Assembly (NCBI RefSeq): GCF_963921235.1
Contig: NC_086097.1
Location: 86,552,001 to 86,616,000 of the forward strand
Origin: Mobula hypostoma
Lineage: Eukaryota
DNA: 64,000 bases
Direction of reading: 5' to 3'
Shown piece after piece: positions 1-11,800 of this stretch (its first letter is position 1; each line of letters starts with the position of its first letter). Below the pieces are notes generated by a model. That model did not search any database. It had not been told where the DNA came from and worked only from the letters and a program-made list of their open reading frames with translations. Made by a program: the position numbers and the translations under genes.

Positions 1-424
1 CTCTAAGTCAATTTTGTGTAAGTAATTAAATATAACGACACCAAATTACAACTAATTAAAGTAGAGATGCAGGATCAGGTAATGCATTGTATCTGCATGT
101 TGGGGGAGCTGCTGGGTCCTATTGTGGTTTCCGGTGACCACATCTGTTGGTGACCTGAGGAACTCAAGTTCAAAGTTGTTAACCTGGAATCTGAGCTTCA
201 AACATTGTGACACATCAGAGTTATTTGGATGTTGTGTTTCAGGAAGCTGTAGATTAACCCATTCGATTAACTACTTGAAATTCAGTCTGTGGTCAAGGAC
301 AAAGAAAGTGTGAAACAGGTAGAGGAGCTGCAGAGATAGTGCTGGAGTAGCCCCAGCCCTTGAGCTTGTCCAGCAAGTCTGAGGTTCTTATTCCTTATGG
401 GGGCAAGATTGGGGGCTACAGGAA

Positions 425-1465
425 GGATAAGATGTAGGAACAGAATTAGACATTTTGCCCTACCGAATCTGTTCCACCATTTCATTATGGCTGACCCATT
501 TTTCCTCTCATACCCAATCTCCTGATTTCCCCCTGTATCACTTCATGCCCTGACCAATCAAGAATCTATCAACCTCTGCCTTAAATATACACAAAGACTT
601 GACCTTCATGCCTGTGGCAACAAAATTCCACAGATTCATCACTCTCTGGCTAAAGGAATTCCTCTTCATCTCTGTTCTAAAAGGAACCCCCTCTATTCTG
701 AAAGTCCTCTGGTCCTAGACTCTCCCACCATAGGAAACATCCTCTTCCCATCCATTGTCAAAGCCTTTCTTCATACAATAGGTTTCAATTAGGTTACCTC
801 TCATTCTTCTGAATTCTAGTGATTACAGTCCCAGAGCCATCAAACTCTCTTCATAAGACAAGCTATTCAATCTTGGAGTCATGATTGTAAATCTCCTTTG
901 AAATCTCTCCAGTGTCAGCACATCTTTTCTAAGGAAAGGGGTCCAAAAATGCTTACGATACTGCAAGTGAGGACTCACCAGTGCTTTTTAAAGCCTTAAC
1001 AATACATCCTGGTTTTTATATTCTAGTCCTCTTGAAATGAATTCTAACTTCGCTTTTGCCTTCCTCACCACAGACTCAATCTGCAAAATAACCTTCAGGG
1101 AATCCTGTACAAGGGCTCCCAAGCCCCTTTGCACCTCAGTTTTTTGTATTTTCTCCACATTTAGAAAATAGTCAATCCTTTCATTTCTTCTGCCAAGGTG
1201 CAAGACCATACACTTCCCCGACACTATATTCCGTCTGCCATTTCTTTGCCCATTCTCCTAATCTGTCTGTCCTTCTGTAGCCTCTCTACTTGCTCAAAAC
1301 TACCTGCCTCTTCACCTATCATCTGCAAATTTTGCAACAAAGCCATCAATTCTGTCATCAAAATTATTGACATACAATGTAAATTGATCTTGACTACCAG
1401 TCACTGGCAGCTAATCAGAAAAGGCTCCCTTTATTCCTACTTTTTGCCTCTTGTCGACCAGCCAC
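425..1465 (-). mobile_element. CR1 LINE 3' fragment
   Basis: Minus-strand KCMVLHLGRRN...QRGLGALV...FISRGLEYKNQDVLLRL and a CR1 3' UTR. Confidence 0.85.
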
Positions 1466-1754
1466 TAATTGTGACACAGTTGTTCAGGAAGCCTTTCAAG
1501 AGTGGGGAGAGAATAGAAATGTAATTAAATTTGGAAATAATATAATCAGTGGAATAGACAATTCTCCGTCACAAGGATCAAGGGTCACAAAGGCTGTATG
1601 GCATGTCTGGTGCCTGGGTTCAGGACATATCATCTGACCTGCAGAGAAATTTGGAATGAGAGGGCAAAGATCCAATTATAGTAGACCATGAGGGTACCAA
1701 TGATAAGGTAGACCAAGGAAAGAGATTCCGCTGTGGAAATATGAACAGCTAAAT

Positions 1755-1978
1755 TGATTCTCAAAGTCCAACCCTACGTCCCTGTCGTGAGAGGTAGAAA
1801 CGGGTAAAGCCAGACAAGCTGGTGAAGCTGTATAGGCCAATCCCCTGTAAGTGGTTGGAGTGGATTGCAGAAGCATTGATGACCTCCCACCATACCATCA
1901 ACTGCAGAACACTATGGAGATGGGAGGTCACCGGTGGCCTATGCTCTACCTGGAGCTAAGATCCCAAGTAAGTAAGTT
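1755..1978 (+). mobile_element. RTE-type LINE 3' end
   Basis: Ends ggtggcctatgctct (GGLCS) followed by an (AAGT)n tail. Splits the CR1 ORF1. Confidence 0.5.
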
Positions 1979-2489
1979 GAAGACTAAATTAAAAAGATGA
2001 ACTATGAAGGTAATCTTTGGATTGCTACCAGAGCCATATGCAAATTGATAGGTCAATAAAATTAGAGAGTGAAAATGAGTGGCTCAATGATTGGTTTTTG
2101 GATTCCCAGGACATTTGTACCAGTATTGGGGAAGATGGAACTGTTCTGATGGGACGGGTTTCACCTGAAACAAGCTGGGTCCAGAGTCCTGGTGAATCAG
2201 ATTACTAGGGCTGTGTGTTGACTTTAAACTAAATAGTAGGAGGCTGGTTGGAACAGAATGGAAACCTATGGCTAATGTCAAAGAGAAGTATCCAGTAAAG
2301 GTAACTAAAATCTCCAAAATAAAACAGGAAGTTTAAAAGAAGAATTTTACTTCAGGCAACATGGAGACTAACTTGAGAAGGAGGAGGTTGATAAAGAACT
2401 GAATGCTTTATATTTGAAAGTATGCAGTACACAAAAGTAGTCAAATAACATTACAGTGCAGTTAGATATTGGTAGGTACACCACTGTGA

Positions 2490-2940
2490 GCACTTTAAAT
2501 GCGCCCAGTGACTTGGCCTCTACAGCTATCTGTGGTAATGGATTCCACAGATTAACCATCCTCTGGCTAAAGAAATTCCTCATCTCTGTTCTACTGGGAC
2601 ATCCTTCTATTCTGAGGCTGTGCACTTTGGTTCTAGACTCTCCCACTGATGGAAACATCCAATCCATGTACACATGTATACTCTATCTGGACCATTCAAT
2701 ATTCGGTATGTTTCTATGAGATCCCCTCCCCTCACCCCTATTGTTCTAAAGTTAAGTGCGTACACATGCAGAACCATTAAATTCTCCTCATACGTTAAAC
2801 TTTTCATTCCCAGGATCATTCTTAAAAACCTCTTCTACACCTTTTCCAATGCCAACACATCCTTCCTTAAATACAGGGTCCAGAACTGTTCATTATACTC
2901 CAAATATGGATAGACCAATGCCTTATAATGCCTCAGCCTG
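2490..2940 (-). mobile_element. CR1 3' fragment; continues at about 6520-6800 beyond the Penelope insertion
   Basis: RGGDLIETYRILNGPDRV and FFSQRMVNLWNPLPQ motifs. Confidence 0.8.
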
Positions 2941-2969
2941 CAAGTTAATTTTAGGGAATTATGCATTAT

Positions 2970-5900
2970 GAAGTCTCTTTCAGGGATGCCTACCCTGAAG
3001 TAGTTTAAATCTTCCCTTCGCTGGGAGTTCAGTGAAACCCTCTCTCACTCTTCCCCCTCGACTCTTCGACCATGTGCTTACCCAGACCCACAACCACAGC
3101 CATGAATCCTTTCTGGGAATGTGTCTTCGCTGCCAGCTTGTACCACACACTGTCCAGATTTGTTTTCAAGCTTCTCAATTTGGACCCTCTGAGGACCCCA
3201 GATCACATTCTATTGACAGCTTCTCCCGCTGCGTTCTATACGCTACGCTTTCCGGCATGAGGAGGTAGCTGGTGTCCCTATCCCAGTCACTTCCACAAAC
3301 ACTGGTATTCTCTCTCCGCCACCTGTAATGGACCTGTACACTTCTCTATCCTCTGTGGGATCCACACTTTCAATCACCAGTCCTTTGATTTTCTCACAAC
3401 ATTCAAGGATCAGACCACAGAACCTGCTGTCTCCAACACTGGCAGGCCTGGGAGTCTCCAGACTGTTGTCCTCAACGGCTCTAATGATCCAGAGCAGATT
3501 CAAAACCCAGACTCCATCGCCATCAATGCAGGGTCCAACGGCCTTGGACACCTCCAAAGTGCCGATTGCGCAAACTCTAACTCCAGCCTTGACCTCCAGG
3601 CAGGGACTTTACACACTGGCGCTGAAACCCCGTCTCCCCTTCCCCCATCACCACTCTGCAATCTTGTGTCTCTCAGGTCCCACCGCCAGCTATAGGGTCC
3701 TCAGAACCTCCATCTTCCTCCCACCCCACCTTCCATGAACACCTCAACCCTCCTTTCTCCTCAGACACTACCAACCCTCTTACCTCCTCTGATCCCAGCT
3801 CTCATCCCCTCTCTGAGGCAGAATGTTCTGCCCTCAGTCAGGGCATCACCTTTGTTCCCCTGCACCCTCACCTCAGTGAGTTCCGCACCACCAAGATGCT
3901 GAGCTCTTCTTTCACTGCCTCGGTCCCCGAGCCTATTTCTTTGGCAGGGACTCTCCAACCCGTGCCAATGACCCCTTCTCCCATCTTCAACCCTCCTCCT
4001 CTTCCTGGTCACCCTGCCCTGGTCTTCTGCCTGCTCTGGACCTTTATATTGCCATCTGCCGACCGGACATCAACCATCTCGACTTCAGCATGCCTCTTTT
4101 CAATTCCAACCTCCGAACGCTTTGCTCTCCACTCCCTCCGCACTATTCCTAACATCATCAAACCCTCAGATAAGGGGGTGCTGATTAGTCTGGCGTACTA
4201 ACCTCTACCTTGCTGAGGCCCAGCACCAACTCTCAGGCACCTCCTCTTACTTACCCCTCGAACAGGACCCCACTAAGGAACACCAAGCCATTGTCTCCCA
4301 CACCATCACCAGCATTATCGACTCCAGGGATCTCCCATCCACTGCCACCAACCTCATGGTTCCTGCACCCCAATGGTGGCATCCGTTTGTCTCACGAGAC
4401 CTGGGCAAGGTTGTATGGAAGACCGGCAGTTGCCCATGCAGCAAGTCTCCCCTCTCCACGACACCGATGTTGTCCAAAGGAAAGGCAAGTGCCAATACAG
4501 CTTGGCACCAGTGTCATCGTAGGAGTTGCCAGAACGAGGTTGAAGGCAATGTCGGACTGCCTTAGGGACTCCAGCTCCGGATTTGTCCTCAGGGTTTACT
4601 CCTGAAGCCTTTCCCATGAGTGGGTATGGCCGTGAGGCAGCGGAGGTTTGAAATCTGCACCCCACACCTCCCATTTCTACCTCCCACCCAAAATCCACAA
4701 ACCTGCTTATCCAGGTAGACCCATCGTTTCAAGCTTGTTCCTGCCCCACTGAACTCATATCTACATATTTTGACTCTGTCTTATCCCTTCCTAGTTCAGT
4801 CACATCCTGCCTACATCTGTGACACTTCACATGCTCTGGATCTTTTCAATGATTTCTAGTTCCCTGTCCCCAAGCATGTTATTTTTACCATGGATGTCCT
4901 GTCCATATACACCAGGAAGGCCTCAAAGGTCTCTGCTTCTATTTGGACACCAAACCCAACCAGTTCCCCTCCACCACCACTCTCCACCGCTTAGCAGAAC
5001 TTGTCCTCACTCTAAATAATTTCTCCCTTGGCTCCTTCCACTTCCTTCAAACAAAAGGGGGAGCCATGGACACTCGCATGGATCCCAGCTACGCCTGCCT
5101 GTTTGTCAGCTATAAGGAACTGTTCAAAGCCTATACTGGTAACTGTCCAGCACTTTTCCTACGGTACATTGATGACCGCATTGGTGCTGCTTCCTGTACC
5201 CATATGGAACTTGTCAACTTCATCCACTTTGCCTCCAACTTCCACCCTGTCTCAAATTTACCTGGTCCATTTCGAATACCTTCCTCCCCTTTCTGAATCT
5301 CTCTGTCTCTGGAGACAGCTTATCTACTGATGTCTATTACAGACCTACAGATTCTCACAGCTACCTGGACTATACCTCCTCCCACCCTGTTACTTGTAAA
5401 AACGCCATTCCCTTCTCTCAATTCCTCCATCTCCACTGCATCTGCTCTGAGGTTTTTCCATTCCAGAATGAGGATGTCCACTTTCTTCAAAGAAAGTGGC
5501 TTCCCTTCCTTCACCATCAATGCTGCCTTCAACCACATCTCTTCCATTTCATGCATGTCTGCTCTTACCACATCCTCCCACCATCCCAGCATGGATAGGG
5601 TTCCTTTTGTCCTCACCTACAACCCACCAGCTTCTGCATCTAGCACATAATTCTCTACAACTTCCGCCACCTCCAATGGGATCCCACCACCAAGCACATC
5701 TTTCCCTCCCTCCCACTTTCTACTTTCCACGGGGATCACTCCCCAGGTGTCTCCCTTGTCCATTCGTCTCTCCCCACTGATCTTCCTCCTGGCACTTATC
5801 CTTGCAAGCAGAACAAGTGTTACACCTGCCCCTACACTTCCTCTCTCACTACAATTCAGGGCCCCAAAAAGACCTTCCAGTTGAGGCGACACTTCACCTG

Positions 5901-6520
5901 TAAGTCTGTTGGGTTCATATACCGTGTCCAGTGCTCCCAGTGTGGCCTCCTGCACATCAGTGAGACCCAACGTAGATTGGGAGACCGCTTTGCTGAGCAC
6001 CCACGCTCCATCTCCCAGAAACAGCAGGATCTTCCTGTGGCCACCCATTTTAATTCCACTTCCCATTCCGACATGCCTATCCATGCCCTCCTCCACTGTC
6101 ATGATGAAGCTACACTCTGGTAATGCCCCTCACTCTCTTTCACTATTCCCCATCCCCTTTTCCCGCTCTCACCTTATCTCCTTGCCTACCTATCGCCTCC
6201 CTCTGGTGCTCCTACCCCCTTTTCTTTCTTTCAAGGCCTCTTCTATCAGACTCCCTCTTCTCCAGTCCTGTATCTCTTTCACCAATCAACATCCCAGCTC
6301 TTTACTTCATCCCTCCCCCTCCCGGTTTCACCTATCACCTTGTATTCTCTCTCCCCTCCCCCCACTATCCCACCATTTAAATCTACTCCTCACCCTTTTC
6401 TCTCCAGACCCTCCGAGGGGTCTTGACCTGAAACATCGACTTTACTCTTTTCCATTGATGCTCCAGCATTTTGTGTCTGTTGCTTGGATTTCTAGCATCT
6501 GCAGATTTTCTCGATTGTGA
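2970..6520 (+). mobile_element. Near full-length Penelope-like element (RT + GIY-YIG), degraded
   Basis: IKPSDKG, FYLPPKIHKP, QTKGGAMDT, RYIDD (5162), RHFTCKSVGFIYRVQCSQCGLLHISETQRRLGDRFAEH, and a pyrimidine-rich 3' UTR. Confidence 0.9.
4373..4654 (-). mobile_element. Non-autonomous RTE-type short element inside the Penelope
   Basis: 10-bp TSD CTGCACCCCA (4363-4372 / 4655-4664). Its 3' half is shared with the SINE at 40785-41091. Confidence 0.75.
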
Positions 6521-7198
6521 TTAGCACTCCCAAGAATCTTCTGCACCACGAATGTCTGAATTCATTCCCATTTAGAAAATAGTTTATGCCAGTATTTCTT
6601 CTACCAAAGTGCATGACCATACACTGCATTCCACCAGCTACTTCTTTACCTTAATCTACCCACGTCCTCAGACTTCCTGCTTCCTCAGTACTATCTGTCC
6701 CTCTACCTATCTTTGTATCATCTGCAACCCTGGCCACAAAATCATCAATTCCATCATCCAGATCATTAACAAATAATGTGAAAAACACCACTAGTCACCA
6801 GAGTTTTCCATTCCAATTCTATTTTATTAGCTTAATTAGGCATCAAATCTTAACCCAAATGTGTTAGTGTGCTAGTTCCAATCACCATCTGAGTATAGTC
6901 ACTTTATAACAAAACACCATCTTCTAACTTCTTCAAGTGAGAAATCCACTAATTGTGCAAAACAGTACAATCATTGAAAATTGAACAGTTCATGAAACCA
7001 CTGCCAAAAAAATAGCGTCTTGTCAATGTATATCTCAACTTCTTTTTCACTAATTTTTTTGTGTCCAGCTCATTCTATTCGCTTTTCTTACTGGTTTAAT
7101 TTTTCACCTGCTTCTGTCCCTTTTGTATGGAACTCATGTATCTTGCAAGAGTTTAGTTCCATATCTTGGATGACTGATCAAACAGCTTTCCTCGACTG

Positions 7199-8321
7199 TG
7201 TAATGTAGAAAACTACTGTTGGATTTCACGCCTGGGGTTAGTCTAATAAATAAGTTGGCTAAATTTTGTCTGATGGTGACACACTATGATTGGCCTAAGT
7301 ACGGAACAAATGTAAGTCAAAATAATTGCTCTGGATGTGCATTTAAATTACAATTTGTGTAATTGAATGGACATATTCTGCACCATATCTCAACTTTCAA
7401 TGCTGCAAAGGTCTCCTTGCCCCATCAAAATCATAATTTTGTTTTTGAGTCAATGCCACCTGTACATAGCCCAATTAGTCTTCAATATCACTGGACTTGG
7501 CAGTAGCTAAAACAGTGCTTTGCCTCTTAGCCAAAGAGTTAAAATAATTGGCCAAAGATCAAAGTAAACAAGAGCCAGTCTTCAATTCTCAATATAGATG
7601 ACAAGCAGTCATTCGCTTTAAGTTAAAAAGCCAGCTTTGCAAATAAGTACTATCTGCAGAACACAGGCTGTTGGCTTCGTAGTACCTGGGCTAACTGGTG
7701 AAGAGGTGCAGTGTAAGACAATGGGGTATGCTTAATTTGGCTTATTTCAAACTAGACAAATCTGGCTAAGTTGTTTAGTTCAAGAAAACATGCAGACTGG
7801 ATGAATAATATCACTTGTACATCAATAGATGATCTATTAATCATTGGAATATTTGTGTACTCAACGATTCAGATTCGCAGTATTAATTGTGGGTACCTGG
7901 GATCTCTGTCTTCAGAAGTGTTTAGATCATTTGTGTAAAATGGTATTGGAAAAATACCACATATGTGTGAGGTCATTCAAGTGGCAGGAAAATAGTATAA
8001 ATTTATAGAGCAGTCATGCTTATTAGGAATGATCAAAAACATCAAGAATGAAAGAAACATGGGGTGAATTTCAATCCATTCCTCTACCTTTGATATCTGC
8101 GACAGACAACTGGTTCATCTGCAACTCATGGGTATCTCTTTTTAGCTTATAGGAACCGTACCTATGCTTTGGAAATTCTTTGTGTTTTAGCAATTGTTTG
8201 TAATCTGGAATTCCTTTACAAGATAGAAATACTCTGAAAGATTTAAATGTATTTTAAGAATGTTGTTTGGATTTAAATGTGGATCACTGCACATAAATGA
8301 ACTGCTTTTAAACTACTTTGT
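7199..8321 (+). repeat. 5' LTR of the foamy-like ERV (U5, PBS and 5' gag apparently deleted)
   Basis: Collinear anchors with the 3' LTR: tgtaatgtagaaaactactgttg vs tgtattgaaaaataaaacatgttg (7199/12612); ttgctct..tttaa..atttgtg..aatg..tattc..tatct (7326/12766); tcactggacttggcagtagctaaaac vs tcatctgacttgggcacccctaaaac (7488/14318); gtgcagtgtaa (7706/14816); taaactactttgt (8309/15295). Confidence 0.7.
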
Positions 8322-8804
8322 CAGGTGGAAGTATCTTCCTAATGAGGAGGGGATCCCACCACTCAGACGGTGGGTATTGGCAACTAAACTCATTATGGAG
8401 GATAAACAGGGAAGTGAACTAGTCTTTGAAGATTGAGTAATTACAGCATAATCTCCCTTTTGTGAGGGTACCTGTAGTTACCTATATCAGATAGGGCTTA
8501 AGGTCATGGTTTGAGTTTGGAACTTTGCAGTCAACAAACCTATACAATCACAGTTAGCGCCTGAAGTAGTCATATTATACCAAAAGTATTATTTTGGAAA
8601 GAATTATTATTTAGCAATAATCCAATTTAGAGCATGCTTGGTAAGTGCTATAAAACAGATGACATCCTGGTTTCCAGTAGTTGTGCAGGCAAATGCTGGT
8701 CGATGTTATGAATGTGTTAATTATAGGGCAGAAATATGGGATAATACCACAAATGCTCCTCAAATTGAATATGAGGAATATTTTATTCTTCAGGGACTGG
8801 AATA
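8322..8804 (+). pseudogene. gag: 3' remnant of gag with a degenerate CX2CX4H knuckle
   Basis: Near-open frame RWKYLPNEEGIPPLRRWVLATKLIMEDK...AGRCYECVNY lying between the LTR and the protease. Removing one base after CYECVNY gives G-Q, where Q (CAG) is one change from H. Confidence 0.55.
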
Positions 8805-8829
8805 ACGAAGGGATAGAACATAGAGAAGA

Positions 8830-11800
8830 ATGCAGACTAGACAGACTAAAGCCGACTGTACAACCCTGCTGTTTTGATACAGCAGATATTTCAATGCTAA
8901 GTTTGGATATTGTTCAAGGCAATAAACTAGGGGAGCAACAGGGAAAGTTAAAATTGAAGGCAAGGCATGAATGGAAGCAAAGTGGAGTGCCCATCTTATG
9001 AAGTTTCCATAAAGATATACGGAATTAAACGAACAGTAAAATTAGCTGTTTGGTCTTTACACCAGGTTTCTGCAGATTGTACTAAACTAGCACTTATATT
9101 ACGAACACTGAACGTTTCCTGTTGGATTCGTACTATAATCAAACCAACAACTGATGCAATACACCAGATGAATGAGACATACATATTCAGAAACAAGAAG
9201 ATTATCATCAGGATGAAACAATCAGAGTGAAATTGAAACATATTTTGCACAAATGTCATGATGTCCTACAACAATCTCCTAACCACTATGGAATGGTTGA
9301 TATTGAACCAACTAAATTAGGATGTAGTCCTTTCCCACGCCAGAAACAGTGGCATATTCCTGACCATAGAGGAAAGCAATCCCTACAGGAAATTGTAGAT
9401 TTCCTCTACTGACAAGCTGTTTTGAAAAAAGAACCTCCTCAATTTAACTTGCCTACGTTTGGCGTAGCAAAGTCTGCTGGACAATGGTGATCGGTCATCA
9501 ACTACATCGTCCTGAATAAACACATAGCACCTAATACGACCTAGCAACAGACATTACAACAAATGCTGCAAGGATTGATTTGTAAAAAAACTTTTTCGTG
9601 GATCTGGCCAATGGTTTCTAGTCACACCCAATTCTTGAAAGTGACAGACTTTACAGAGCATTTACAACACCCAATGGCTCACAGTATCAGTGGGTCAAAC
9701 TCCCACAAGGTTTTTGGAATAGTCCACAAATATTTATTGCAGAAGTTCATAAAATTATAACACACAGGAGCAGAATTTGGCCATTTGGCCCATCAAGACT
9801 GCTCCGCAATTTCATCATGCCTGATCTACCTTTCCTCTCAGACCCAACTTCTCCACGGATCATTCAGACTCTACAGGGAATACCAAACATTAGTGCATAT
9901 GTTGATGCTATATGCTACACAGCCACTGGACAAGCATTGAACACTGACAGAGACTTATTAAAAGGATGACAGATAGAGGTTATGTAATTAACATTTTAAA
10001 AATCGCACCTGTCATAGAAAAGTAAATTTCCTGGGTATGACAATCAGGGACATGGCTTAACCTCTCAATTTAGACAAGAAGTTGCCCAAGTAGGATATCT
10101 TAAGAACCTAAAAGCCTTATCATCAATCCTAGGCCTATTGAATTATGCTAAAGCTTTTATACCTGACTCTGCTCAATTGTCAAATCCTTTAAATGACAGA
10201 TGGACACTGAAAAACAAAAAAACTTTTGTTTTTAACCCAAAAGATTATGAGGTGCTGGAGAAATTGATGATGGACCTTCTTCTCCATGAATTGATGAAGC
10301 AAGCAATAGACCCAATAAAATCTCTTGTTCTGCAAAACACACTCTTTCATGGATCTGGCCAATGGTTTCTAGTCACACCCAATTCTTGAAAGTGACAGAC
10401 ATTACACAGCCTTTACAGCAGCCAATAATATCAGTGGACCAGACTCCGACAAGGTTTTTAAATAGTCCACAAATATTCCAAAAACCACAGCAGCCATCTG
10501 TTATGAGGGAAAAAAAACACAAGCCCCCATACATTATGCCTCATATAATTTCACCCCAATCAAATAGAAATTTCCTGCCTTAGAACAATATCTTATTATG
10601 ATATTCCATACGTATGTTGCAGTAAGAGCACTGCAGGAAAACAAACCATTATACAGAGTTAGCGGCTTTGAAAGCTGATAGGAAATTATCCACAAATGAA
10701 TGGAGAGCTACCATAACCAGTTATAAGAAATAGCAAGCACATTCACAAGACAACACTTTATAGTGGGAATACATTCCTGAGAGCTATGACTTACAATCCT
10801 TACCTATCATGAAAGATACAGAACCATCTTCTCCATGAACCGATGTAGCATGACATCTTTTACAGCACTATTCCCAAATATAGTACCATGATGGTTCAGC
10901 AAAAAAAAATCCAGAAAGACGGATTCACCCAATTATAAATATAAAATGAATTTTTTTAAAATCGGAAACTGAATTTGAACCTCATGAGTTGCAAGTGCAT
11001 CCTTTAGGGAATCATACAGCTAGCTCAGTTTGCAGAGGCTAAAGTCCTAGGATTATGACTAAAACAAGTCGATACAACAGAACCAGACTTGATATGTACT
11101 GACTCTAATTATGTTACGCATGTGGTAGAAAGAGATCTTCCCATCTGGTCAACTACTGGATGGAGAAGGCTCAGAGGTAAAGTGCTTCCACATTTATTCA
11201 TCTGGAAGAATATTTATGAATTACTAGTGACTAGACCATTAGTGCAGGTGTTACACATCCTGGGACATACTGCAGGTCTCTATGATAATAAACTAAAAGT
11301 AAACAAGCTGTCGAGATGGATGTTAATAGAGAAAAAGTGGCCAGAGTTTTGGTAGTAACTAAGTAACAAATAATAAAATAACCAGAAAGAAGTTTAGGAA
11401 TTCTCCTATGTACAACAAAACCCAATTCCAAAGGAGTTCCAACATGGTACAAATGTGAAGCTGAAGGTGAAGGTAAGATTTGCGTCTGCCACCCTAAAAA
11501 AGATAAGAAGCAAATCCCTCCTGACCATTGGCAGGAAGCACTGATTTAAGAAACACACCAAGGATTTCATTACTATCATGGTGGCAGACCAGCTATTCAT
11601 GTGAAATTAGCCATGTTATACTGGTGACCTTACATGTTGAGTGATACGTGATTCATTGCAAATAGTAAAGAATATCTGGCCTATAATCAAGGAGCAGTCA
11701 CATGACCACCTCCTACAAGACAAACAAAAACAATTGCACCAATGCATGCATGACATATTGATTATATGGAACTATTTCTAGCATCCCAAGGCAACCCAGC

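Larger units (their letters stand above)
60..2485 (+). mobile_element. CR1 LINE ORF1 (Zn finger/esterase) and start of ORF2, fragmented by nested insertions
   Basis: GDHIC zinc-finger-like segment, esterase-like VQDISSDLQRNL...GTND region, and LNALYL endonuclease start near 2400. Confidence 0.65.

Noticed and set aside
5617-6520. 161-aa and 203-aa ORFs, and the similar 215-aa ORF at 52514-53161
   Set aside because: Off-frame or antisense readings of Penelope GIY-YIG and 3' UTR sequence.
7020-8240. Signal-peptide-like ORF and Cys/Trp-rich frames suggesting an env placed upstream of gag
   Set aside because: From 7199 the region aligns collinearly with the 3' LTR, so it is the 5' LTR. The 7020 ORF is mostly flanking DNA and has no recognisable furin site, fusion peptide or TM anchor.
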